Origin: a virus
Virus record (IMG/VR): IMGVR_UViG_3300028384_001071
Location: 1-64,000 of that record
DNA: 64,000 nt
Direction: 5' to 3' (one strand)
Numbering within the stretch: position 1 is the first letter of the stretch; each line of letters starts with the position of its first letter. A model generated the notes under the pieces. That model made no database searches. It was not told where the DNA came from and saw nothing but the letters and a program-made list of their open reading frames with translations. This document shows positions 45,401 to 54,059 of this stretch, piece after piece. A program made the translations under genes and the position numbers.

Positions 45401-46995
45401 TTGACAGGGCTGCTCGTTTGGCAGATCGAATCGATAAGGTCGATGCGACGATCGGGACTGAAGGTCTTGAAAGCGACCTCAAGAGTCTGAATGAAGCCAT
45501 CAAGGTCACTGCTAAGCTGATTGAAGATGCTGACAAGCTCCTCAATGTTGAGCAGAAGTTCACGATCCCTGAGCTATCAGTTAAGATTCGTGGTACTGAT
45601 GATCTGAAGGAAGCAATCAATCTGTTCGGGAAGTTCACCGATCAGGTCGAGAAAGCAATGAAGACTGTTGACGATCTCATTAAGAGTACACGTCAGCAAG
45701 TCATCGAGTTCGATCGACTAGGTGATGCGGAAGACCCGTTTAAGCTTGAGCAGGATGCTATCGAGCTATTCAATCTTGGTAACATCGATCAAGCCAAGAC
45801 ACTGTTTCAACAAGTTGACAAGCTCATCAATGGTATCGTTAAGAATGAACGTAAGGTCATCCGTTCAGCGGAAGCCCTTGGTGTCCGATTCCGTTCAGGT
45901 ATCCTGAATAGATTCCGTAACGTATTCTCAGATCGACTTAACACTCTGAATCAGGGTCAAGGTCGTCTACAGGGTATACGGGGTCAGACAACAGGTGCCT
46001 TCCGAGGCTTGGTTGATCGTAACCGATCTAACCTAGAATCGAATCGAACGCGAGCCACTGACCTAGCCCGTCAGATTGCAGCGAACCCGAATGCGGCATC
46101 ATCAGATGCAAGGGATCGTGTCGATCAAGCTCGTATCCGTTTACTACAGTCGGAAGTCGATAATCAGAAGAAACAGCAAGAACGTCAAGCTGAACTGTCT
46201 CGATCATTCCAAGCAATTGCGAATAGTCAAGACGAGATTGTACGTAAGACTAAGGAAGCCAACGAAGCGCAGGCGGCTTACAACAAGAGAATCCAACAGA
46301 CTGCCGAGAATTACGAACTAGCTCGAACCAACCTTAACAAGTTGGTAACCGACGGTGGTCGTCTTCAATTCGGTAAGGGATTCTTCGGCTTCGGATCGAC
46401 AGACCTGACAGGTATTGAAGCTGCATCTCAACAAGCCGCAAGTGCGGCAGGTGCATTGTTTAGTGATCAAAGCGTTCCTGCTTTGAACCGCTACACTCAG
46501 TCTCTTAACAGGCTTGTGTCAGAGATTGAGAAGTCTCTTCTGATTGAGGAAGGTCTTAACCCTGATGGTAATCGGGCGGAACTGCTAAAGCAGATCCCAT
46601 CGATTAGCGTTGGAGGGCAACCTCAATCAGCGTCGTTGTTCATTAAGGACTTCCGAGATTCGATTCGAGAGTTCGACAAGAACTTCCGAGCGAACTTCTC
46701 AAGTAGCCGAGGCGGTGTGCGTCCCGATGGGCCTGCTGCGTTGGAACGTGCAGTTCGAGATGAACTGAAGAAGGCAAACCAGTCATTGGATGTCATTCGA
46801 AATCGTGGAACTTTCACACCTCAGATCCGATCAGGTTCTAGTGGTATTGGGCCTCAAAGTAATGCCGGTGCAATCACTGTCGGTGATATTGTTCTGAACA
46901 TTGACGGGGCTGACGCTAGTGAAGGTGAAATGTACGAACGAATTACCCGTAGATTACGACGCGATGTTCTTCGCGGAAATGTGAGGTTAGGATGA
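42418..46995 (+). CDS. Tape measure protein
   Basis: 1525 aa helical protein with TP901-type core and hydrophobic central segment. Confidence 0.9.
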   Translation: MTQNVQFGGNTAGLESALKRVNKFFDATNNKIKSVSRASVSLNKRGGELRTTISGLTVDGQRFTATLDRVKTKTGKLTKDWKVMRVATDSAAEGQKRLQKELKRTSAEAAKVSAQQAKINNRKEASRFLRSNITGNRQLFPDGFGSGTTDAQRANVQAAIAATGRLIERGEFTRQQFARVGNDIRNNLNAAFTGPEAKAAAAFRRIDAAMRNTGTTAQEAAKKVILTWTGVIRLFAVQALHLVIGRIISSFREMVTTTVDLSKRIAEIGTISRNANAGFGEWSSVLKEVSNNFGLDLLDVAEGAYQALSNQVANAATVQGFLNEAASFGRITNSSLTDSVNLLSSAVNAYSSQGLSAARASEVFFKTIELGRVRASELANTLGTLLPLTSQLGVSVEEAAASVATLTIQGIRSDTALTLMRNVMLGLIKPTDSMKQLMEEWGVSTGEAAIATFGLSGVLERLNQEALSGGITRIGELAGRLRNIQGVIGTTGNAFGKFNDNLREIQENAASSFDIADRIASNSLGNRLSVQFREFQNFFRTELGPALSRSIADLVDRFGGVDTILKNLIGPFQSFFNIMSSFTEVITAVITPIADMASSLGLVSAGGSLLGPILAALTVRWVTMRAQVVASSAATLLAAAAKGKLGVSARRLGAIIRLNRIRFKNLTASIRANAQAATLLNAGSRALSVTTRLLGSAYQRVTAFLIQNRIAQGVSNFTTKIATTTQSLFRTALLATTFQLGIFRAALLQTNIGTKLVNVSLNIAAIGTRLFGSSSAIAAGGVLALTVATRALAIAVNSAFFFLPLLIGFFIEAGQAAEMEFANKLDVAVEESRRLGQESLKELNKSLDENKVAFTDVADAISGKYLKAIAEVRREALKLSGEELNGAFDGSLGSINPDDLAQELGFDNKTAKDAAKEAVKSIEDSRSKVEKLLSSITELQEGIADRALTTTADSIKAASGNLEEVAFLQGELEKLLTRSDTFFASGDLDSAERTLDRAARLADRIDKVDATIGTEGLESDLKSLNEAIKVTAKLIEDADKLLNVEQKFTIPELSVKIRGTDDLKEAINLFGKFTDQVEKAMKTVDDLIKSTRQQVIEFDRLGDAEDPFKLEQDAIELFNLGNIDQAKTLFQQVDKLINGIVKNERKVIRSAEALGVRFRSGILNRFRNVFSDRLNTLNQGQGRLQGIRGQTTGAFRGLVDRNRSNLESNRTRATDLARQIAANPNAASSDARDRVDQARIRLLQSEVDNQKKQQERQAELSRSFQAIANSQDEIVRKTKEANEAQAAYNKRIQQTAENYELARTNLNKLVTDGGRLQFGKGFFGFGSTDLTGIEAASQQAASAAGALFSDQSVPALNRYTQSLNRLVSEIEKSLLIEEGLNPDGNRAELLKQIPSISVGGQPQSASLFIKDFRDSIREFDKNFRANFSSSRGGVRPDGPAALERAVRDELKKANQSLDVIRNRGTFTPQIRSGSSGIGPQSNAGAITVGDIVLNIDGADASEGEMYERITRRLRRDVLRGNVRLG

Positions 46996-47537
46996 ACGAA
47001 CTGAATGTTCAACAGAAAGTAGGCGTCCAAGTCCTACGGCGTCGGCCGTTGGTGGATGTCTTTCAACCGAAAGGTCTATTCAGCGTAGATCACATGCGTG
47101 CGGGCGAATTGCTTGCTCGATATGAATTCCCAAACGGTGTAACAACTGTCGGGAAGAATCATGCTCTCGATGTCGTATTCGGTGGAACCACTCAGGTTTC
47201 TGAATGGTACATTGGAATGATCAATGGCTCAGGGTTCACCTCAGTGTCTGCGACAGATACGATGTCGAGTCATGCGGGCTGGACCGAGTTCACGTCTTAC
47301 AGTAACGCGACAAGGCTAGCATGGACTGATTCCCCTACTTCCAGTGGATCAAAGACAAGTGCATCAACAGCAGACTTCACGTACAATGCCACAGGTACTC
47401 TGAAGGGTATCTTCATCGCAAGTGATAACACTAAGGGTGGCACAACTGGCACCCTGTGGGCGACAGCATTGTTCTCAAGCGATATTGGAGTTGTCAACAC
47501 TGACATCTTGAAGATCACCTACACGGTGGCTGCTTGA
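46992..47537 (+). CDS. Tail protein, paralog of 47534-48013
   Basis: NG.TT.GK, WYIG.IN, DTMSSHAGW.E. Confidence 0.7.
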   Translation: MNELNVQQKVGVQVLRRRPLVDVFQPKGLFSVDHMRAGELLARYEFPNGVTTVGKNHALDVVFGGTTQVSEWYIGMINGSGFTSVSATDTMSSHAGWTEFTSYSNATRLAWTDSPTSSGSKTSASTADFTYNATGTLKGIFIASDNTKGGTTGTLWATALFSSDIGVVNTDILKITYTVAA

Positions 47538-48013
47538 TGCTTGATTTAATTGGTCAGTTTGAGATCCAGCTTATCCGTAAGGATGAGCTGGTTTTCTCAC
47601 GTACAATCAATAACGGCATTGCTACTGCCGGTAAGGACTATCTGCTGAACGCATGTTTTGGGCTAGTTACCCCAGCATCAACCTGGTACATTGGCTTGAT
47701 CAACAATGCGGGATTCTCAACCTTAGCTCCATCTGACACGATGAGTAGTCATGCCGGTTGGTCTGAGTTGATTGATTATAACGAAGGTAGTCGCCAATTA
47801 TGGACCCCGGTTTTTGCATTAGCGGGAACTATCACAGGTATCAGTACTGTTAGCTTTGACATAAATGCCACAGTGGATGTTCGTGGTATGTTTCTTGCGA
47901 GTGACAGCTCGAAAAACGGTACTGCCGGTAGGTTATGGTCAACTGCTTCCTTTCCAGCCGAATCCTTGACCGCTACTGATGAGTTCCGTGTCAATTACAC
48001 TCTGAATGCTTAA
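47534..48013 (+). CDS. Tail protein, paralog of 46992-47537
   Basis: Shared DTMSSHAGW and G.LWSTA motifs. Confidence 0.7.
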   Translation: MMLDLIGQFEIQLIRKDELVFSRTINNGIATAGKDYLLNACFGLVTPASTWYIGLINNAGFSTLAPSDTMSSHAGWSELIDYNEGSRQLWTPVFALAGTITGISTVSFDINATVDVRGMFLASDSSKNGTAGRLWSTASFPAESLTATDEFRVNYTLNA

Positions 48014-48426
48014 TGGCTACTGTTACTGTTGACGTTTCCCAAGAACTCTCGTTGAGTCAATTAGGTGAAGGGTTTGGTTCTGGAACACTCATTTCACAAT
48101 TAGACTTCCAACAAACTGCGGAAGTCAACAGAATCTCCAACATTAGTGTTTTGTCACAGCTTGTAATCATCGACTCTGGCTTGGTCCCAAGGCTTGTTCA
48201 TGTCAACCAGCAGTTAGGTTTATCTGATAATGTTGTTCAACACGTGATAGATGTAAATCAATCACTAAGCCTGGACGACTCTGTCTATATCGAAAGACGC
48301 ATAGCACCTTCCAGCACACTCACCTTCACGTCCGGAATAGGACTCAACATTAATCAGAATCTCTCAGTCACATCGATGATCGACTTCCAACAGGTCGCGA
48401 TTGGCTACTCAGAATACACTTGTTGA
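48013..48426 (+). CDS. Tail-associated repeat protein
   Basis: V.Q.L.L periodicity. Confidence 0.55.
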   Translation: MATVTVDVSQELSLSQLGEGFGSGTLISQLDFQQTAEVNRISNISVLSQLVIIDSGLVPRLVHVNQQLGLSDNVVQHVIDVNQSLSLDDSVYIERRIAPSSTLTFTSGIGLNINQNLSVTSMIDFQQVAIGYSEYTC

Positions 48427-48435
48427 GGTGCAATC

Positions 48436-49497
48436 ATGGCATTAAGATGGATAGAGGGTTTCGAACTGTTCGGAACCTCAACTGACATTGACACTACTCT
48501 GGGTTATAAGTACCCTTCCTTTATTAGCACAATTACCGACTATGACATATCGTCAGTCGTAAGATATGCATCAGGGTCGGGCCAGTCACTTCTGGTCGAA
48601 TCGATATCTGATTTCTACCTTGAGACCCCCACACTAAGTGCCCAGTCTCACTGGTTTATTGGATTTGCATTCAATGTGTCCGACACTGAAAGTAGCTTTA
48701 AACCGGTGTTCAAGTTAGTAGACGAGAATGGTGATGTCCAAGTCCGTATCAATTGTGGTACTGGATTAACCCCAGCATTCAACGTCTACAGAGGTGACAA
48801 TACCTCATTACTCGGTACGACTCAAGTCTTCGCGCTCAGTGAATGGCATTATGCTGAATTTGAGATTGTCATTGACAATTCAACGGGTATTGTCCGTAGT
48901 TGGTTGAATGGGGTTCAAGATCTCAATCTGACGGGCCTAGATACTCAACAGTCAGCAATCGCAACGGCCGACAAGGGTCAAATGTGGTTAGGCTGGGGTG
49001 ATACTAATTCTGATCTTTACCTTGACGATTGGTACATGTGTGACAACACAGGATCAACTAACAACAGTCGTTTGGGTAACGTCCGAATTGAAGGACTCCT
49101 ACCTGCCGGTGCTGGTAATTCAGCCCAATGGACTCCGGACTCAGGTAGCAATTACGACCGTGTGAATGAAGCCACTGCCGATGCAGATACTTCATATGTT
49201 GAGTCTCAGACTGTGTCCGAGAAAGACACATACACATTTGACAACCTCACTGATATTAATTCGAACATCTTGGGAGTGCAAGTTTCAGCAATAGCTCGCT
49301 TGTCGGATACTGATGTAGCACCGGACTTCCGGACCGTCGCTCGAAGCAACGGCATTGAATCAACAGGCAACACTCATACTCTGAACAGTACAACTTACTC
49401 TTGCAAGGCGGACGTATTTGAAACAGATCCGGATACCGGGTCCGCTTGGACAGACACTGCCGTGAATGCGGCTGAATTTGGTGTTGAAACCGTTTAG
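48436..49497 (+). CDS. Tail protein with lectin-like domain
   Basis: MALRWIEGFE, WHYAE, YLDDWY, DPDTG.AWT...VNAAEFG. Confidence 0.7.
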   Translation: MALRWIEGFELFGTSTDIDTTLGYKYPSFISTITDYDISSVVRYASGSGQSLLVESISDFYLETPTLSAQSHWFIGFAFNVSDTESSFKPVFKLVDENGDVQVRINCGTGLTPAFNVYRGDNTSLLGTTQVFALSEWHYAEFEIVIDNSTGIVRSWLNGVQDLNLTGLDTQQSAIATADKGQMWLGWGDTNSDLYLDDWYMCDNTGSTNNSRLGNVRIEGLLPAGAGNSAQWTPDSGSNYDRVNEATADADTSYVESQTVSEKDTYTFDNLTDINSNILGVQVSAIARLSDTDVAPDFRTVARSNGIESTGNTHTLNSTTYSCKADVFETDPDTGSAWTDTAVNAAEFGVETV

Positions 49498-49506
49498 GGG
49501 TGAATC

Positions 49507-52500
49507 ATGGCTAGAGTAACACAACTTGGTGCGGAAGTTCTAGCCACCGCTACTGCGGGTGCTGCCCGCGTCACGCAACTCGGTGCAGAAGTCCTTGCAA
49601 ATCAACCAGCGACGGCTGCCCGCGTCACGCAACTCGGTGCAGAAGTCCTTGCAAATCAACCAGCGACGGCTGCCCGAATCACGCAACTCGGTGTTGAAGT
49701 TCTGGCATCAAGTACTTCGGTCGAAGTGTCGGGAGACATTGCAGCTACGACGCCCTCTGTTGTTCAAGCTTTGACTGGCAGCGTCGAAGTCCAAGGTGAT
49801 ATCACCCAGACAACACCATCAGCAACTCAGAAGGCATCGGGTTCAGAAGGAGCAATTGGGAACATTGCTCAGACAACCCCATCAATAACACAATCAGCTA
49901 CCAACGTCCCGAACGCACCAGTTCATGAAGATACTCAAAGCACGGATTATGCAACAGGTACTAGCCATACGGTAACGAAACCTACTGGAACTGTTGAGGG
50001 TGATCTACTTATCCTCACATTCCACGTGACAAACAACAGTTCCTCAACTAACACCGTACCTACTGGCTTTGTCCCGCTGTTCAACGGTCATGGTACTGCG
50101 AACTACAGATCTTCAGGTATCTATTGGAAGCTTGCTACCGATTCTGAACCTACTGATTACACCGTCACAACCAGCACTAGTGCTGCTGCGTTTGTGTCAA
50201 TCTCTCGATTCTCTAACGTCGATCAAATCTGCCCTATCGGGCCTGTGAGAGCGTCATCCGCACAGACTACCGACTGGAATACGCCCGCACTGGATATCGA
50301 TGGTGAGTGTATCGTTTACCGAGCCATACTGGTTAACGATAACACGACGATTACCGAAGATGCAGAAGTCACTGAACTAGCGACAGGTGTCACTTCTCTC
50401 GGGAGTGATGGTACGATTGGCGTAGGTATTGATAACGATACCTACTTTGATGGTGATACGACTCCGAGTCACGGTTGGACTTCATTTGGAAATGAAAATG
50501 GCAATGGCAATGGATTCTTAGTCAGTGCTGCAATCTACGGCACCGGTGAATCCGGAGCAGTCACACCTGTCCCGGTCATTGAATCGCAATCTGATCTTAA
50601 TCAAGTAGTAACCACCACAGTTCAGGTCACTCCTCCGACGGGGATAGAACAGAATGATCTCATCCTATTCCTTCTGACGATCGCGGATGATGTCGACTTC
50701 AGCATTACCGGATTCACGACTCTTGCAGAAAGTTCCTTCGGTACTAGTACTGATCGCTACCAGATCATGTACAAAATAGCAACCGATAGTGAGCCTGCAA
50801 CTTACACACTGACTAATGTTCCCGGTTCTCAGTCTGAGTATGTAGGAACTATGCTCAGGATCTCAGGAGTCGACATCGTCTCTCCAATTGAAGATCACGT
50901 GTTAGACCCTGCTGTATCTGCCGTAGAGGATACGTACCCTTCAGTCACTTCGTCATCTGGTAGCTTGATCATTCGTGGTGAGTTTCACGATAATGACACC
51001 AGTGCATTGGCGACTTATATCAGACCTCAATCATCAACAACTGTGCATTTCGATGATGATAACTTTGGGGATGATTATGGAATCGTCGTCACTCAAGGTC
51101 CGGGTGTTGACTCTGGTACCGAGCCTGAGCGTTACTTATACACCAGCGACGGCGGTGTTCAAGAAGTACTCCCGTTCACGCTCTCACTCCGTCCATTAGC
51201 ACCGGTAGTAGCTGGTGATATAATTCAAACCACTCCGAGTGTCACTCAGGAGGTGTTTGAAACATCTCGTGAATCCGATGCTTCTCAAACTACCCCGAGT
51301 GTAACATCAGCAGCATCAGGGCAAGTCGGTTACTTCCCAGTATTCGAATCAGCAACAACATCAGGGCCAACATCAGGCACATCTTACGTAATTACAAAAC
51401 CATCAGGTACTGTTGAAGGTGATCTACTCATCTTGACATTTACTGATAACGATCTCCTACAGAACCTTTCTAGTGATGTCACAATACCATCTGGCTTCAA
51501 TGTTGCAATTGATGACAGGTACGATTCTGAAAGGAACCGGTTTACTGCGTGGAAGTTAGCAACAGCTTCTGAGCCCACTGATTATACCATAACTGGGACA
51601 GTTTCTAAAGTAGGGATGGTAAGTCTGAGTCGATTTTCGAATGTCGATCAAAACGCACCTATTGGAGAAGTTCGAAGGTATACTGATGTTACTGCTAACA
51701 ACACATCGGACCTCGATACGCCAGCATTGACTGCTGATGGTGATTGTCTAATCTTCCGTAGAGGATTGATCGAAGCCTTTGATGATTCTATAGTGGCAGA
51801 CTCAGGCGTCACAGAGATTGCCAACCTCAATACATCAGGAATCAGTGTATCTATGATCGCTGGTTACGATGATGTTGCTTATGTTTCAGGGACAGCAGTC
51901 CCGGCTCAAGGCTGGACTGCTAGTATTGCGGATGGTACTGACACTGCTACGTTAGCAATATATGGGCCAAATCAGTCGCGTGTCACAGTTCCTGTCCCTG
52001 TTGTCGAATCTCAGACGGATTTCGAGGAATTAGCAGCATCAAGCTTCACTGTCGATAAACCTACGGGTACAGTCGAGAATGATCTGCTACTGATCGCAGG
52101 TATTGATGTTGATTCAGAGACGGCGTTGTCTGTTTCAGGATTCACAACAATCGGATCAGGTGATGTTGATGGTTTCAGTTATTACCTCGCGTACAAGGTT
52201 GCTGGGGCTTCAGAGCCTGCAAGCTACACTGTTACTGCTAATAGTGTAGGTAGTTTCAGTGTAGGATCATTGTTCAGGATATCAGGGATTAATACGACAG
52301 ATCCTATCGATGCGTCTGTGTTCAACCCAACGGTATTGACTCGAACTGACATTCCTTCACCAGCAATCACTACAACAGGTCGTGCCCTCATAATGAGAGG
52401 TTTGCTGGTTGATGACCTAGGCCCTGATGGAGTGGGTAATGTCAATGATTCAGGTGTCCAACTGTTTCGAGATAAGACTAACTCAGGGAATGGTAATGTA

Positions 52501-53700
52501 GGTAATATGTTCTTGTACGCTGCACCAGGGCCGGATACTGGTATTGCTAGTGAGAGAACATTTACACCTTTTAGCTCAGGTTCGACAGGCGAATTCAACT
52601 ACAAAGCGTTCACAATAGCTATCGCCGGTGGGGTAGTTGAACCTACTGGTGATATTTCCCAAACAACACCATCGACAGTTCAAACCTTAACAGGTGAAGT
52701 AATTGTCGAAGGTGATATATCTCAGACAACTCCGCCAGCAACTCAGCAAGCAAATGCTGGTGCTAATGTTATTGATATCATCACCCCATCAGTAGTCCAA
52801 TCTTTGACTGGAGGCTCTGATAGGTTAGGTGATATTGTCCAAACAACACCACCTATTACACAAGCCTTAATTAGTGAAGATGATGTAGTTGGTGACATTG
52901 GCCAGACCACATCGGGTGGATATACTCAATCTCTTATAGGGGCATCATACTCTCAAGCCGTAGTCACTCAGACTACGCCAATGGTTAGTCAATCTTTAAC
53001 AGCAGGGATTGATGCCTTAGCAGTCGCGGGTAATGAGTTCGAGTTCACGCAGAATGCTCAGTTTGAACATGGGCGAGGATTTGTCAGTGATCTTGAGTTC
53101 ACACAACTTGTGGAATTCAGCACTGAGACTAGCGATGCTCTAACCTCGACAGTGGTGTTTGAACAGTCAGTACAAGCCACACGTCCGGTTCCGGATGGTG
53201 CTTGTCCGACCAAGTATTACTCACCAATTTCAACGACTCTGTCAGATGCAACTCTGAAAGGTTCTCGATTCCGTGTCACTAGCTCAGGCATTGCGTGTCC
53301 GGATGTTGTACCTATTCAGAACACTGTGTTCGGATATCCTTACGGAAGCCCAACCACAACTCTGACTCTGTCGAATCCTGAATTCGGTAACGCTACGGTT
53401 CTTGAAGAATCAACGTCAATAGTCCGTCTACGAAACGGGAAGGTGACAGTATTCCGTGATCCGCAGTGGCCGTCGTACTTCAAACACTCGTATCAATTCA
53501 ATCTTGGATGTCGTGATCCTTCGATTCAATCGATCCTAGACTTCCTTAAAGAAAGTCTTGGTCAAGAAATCCAGATCACAGATTACGAAGGTCGTCTATG
53601 GAAGAGTGTTATCACAAATCCGAATACTCCAGTCTCTCAACAACACACTAATCTGGTGGTGTTTGGGCTGGATGTTGAGGGAGAACTCATTGCATGGTGA
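49507..53700 (+). CDS. Large repetitive tail fibre/adhesin
   Basis: N-terminal ARVTQLGAEVLA x4; four KP.GT.E.DLL...WKLA...EP..Y domains; GDI.QTTP repeats. Confidence 0.75.
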   Translation: MARVTQLGAEVLATATAGAARVTQLGAEVLANQPATAARVTQLGAEVLANQPATAARITQLGVEVLASSTSVEVSGDIAATTPSVVQALTGSVEVQGDITQTTPSATQKASGSEGAIGNIAQTTPSITQSATNVPNAPVHEDTQSTDYATGTSHTVTKPTGTVEGDLLILTFHVTNNSSSTNTVPTGFVPLFNGHGTANYRSSGIYWKLATDSEPTDYTVTTSTSAAAFVSISRFSNVDQICPIGPVRASSAQTTDWNTPALDIDGECIVYRAILVNDNTTITEDAEVTELATGVTSLGSDGTIGVGIDNDTYFDGDTTPSHGWTSFGNENGNGNGFLVSAAIYGTGESGAVTPVPVIESQSDLNQVVTTTVQVTPPTGIEQNDLILFLLTIADDVDFSITGFTTLAESSFGTSTDRYQIMYKIATDSEPATYTLTNVPGSQSEYVGTMLRISGVDIVSPIEDHVLDPAVSAVEDTYPSVTSSSGSLIIRGEFHDNDTSALATYIRPQSSTTVHFDDDNFGDDYGIVVTQGPGVDSGTEPERYLYTSDGGVQEVLPFTLSLRPLAPVVAGDIIQTTPSVTQEVFETSRESDASQTTPSVTSAASGQVGYFPVFESATTSGPTSGTSYVITKPSGTVEGDLLILTFTDNDLLQNLSSDVTIPSGFNVAIDDRYDSERNRFTAWKLATASEPTDYTITGTVSKVGMVSLSRFSNVDQNAPIGEVRRYTDVTANNTSDLDTPALTADGDCLIFRRGLIEAFDDSIVADSGVTEIANLNTSGISVSMIAGYDDVAYVSGTAVPAQGWTASIADGTDTATLAIYGPNQSRVTVPVPVVESQTDFEELAASSFTVDKPTGTVENDLLLIAGIDVDSETALSVSGFTTIGSGDVDGFSYYLAYKVAGASEPASYTVTANSVGSFSVGSLFRISGINTTDPIDASVFNPTVLTRTDIPSPAITTTGRALIMRGLLVDDLGPDGVGNVNDSGVQLFRDKTNSGNGNVGNMFLYAAPGPDTGIASERTFTPFSSGSTGEFNYKAFTIAIAGGVVEPTGDISQTTPSTVQTLTGEVIVEGDISQTTPPATQQANAGANVIDIITPSVVQSLTGGSDRLGDIVQTTPPITQALISEDDVVGDIGQTTSGGYTQSLIGASYSQAVVTQTTPMVSQSLTAGIDALAVAGNEFEFTQNAQFEHGRGFVSDLEFTQLVEFSTETSDALTSTVVFEQSVQATRPVPDGACPTKYYSPISTTLSDATLKGSRFRVTSSGIACPDVVPIQNTVFGYPYGSPTTTLTLSNPEFGNATVLEESTSIVRLRNGKVTVFRDPQWPSYFKHSYQFNLGCRDPSIQSILDFLKESLGQEIQITDYEGRLWKSVITNPNTPVSQQHTNLVVFGLDVEGELIAW

Positions 53701-54059
53701 TATTGCAAGCACCTGCCAGACTACCAGAAACCACGACGTTCCTAAAGAACCCAGAGTTCGGGGACGCTCGTGGTTTGTCTGCATCTGTCAGCTTGAAGCG
53801 TGCTATGAACGGCACGGTCTACACTACTGTTAAGACAACAGGTGATGAGCGGTTAGAGTTGTCATTCGAGAATGTCACAAGACAGAAGGCACTGGAAATC
53901 GAAGACTTCTACCGACTATACGCTGCCGAGGAAATTAGGCTGACGACTCACAACGGTGACGTCTATGTCGGTAAGTTCATTGAAGGTATTGAGATCACGC
54001 CTGTCGGGCGTGGTGAGCATTGTCAGTTTCAGATCGTATTCGAAGGGACCAAGCAATGA
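53694..54059 (+). CDS. Distal tail-like protein
   Basis: L.NPEFG motif shared with the C-terminus of the upstream gene; position. Confidence 0.55.
   Translation: MVILQAPARLPETTTFLKNPEFGDARGLSASVSLKRAMNGTVYTTVKTTGDERLELSFENVTRQKALEIEDFYRLYAAEEIRLTTHNGDVYVGKFIEGIEITPVGRGEHCQFQIVFEGTKQ

Noticed and set aside
42538-46817. Antisense ORFs within the tape measure and other long genes
   Set aside because: These are shadow ORFs arising from codon bias of the real genes.
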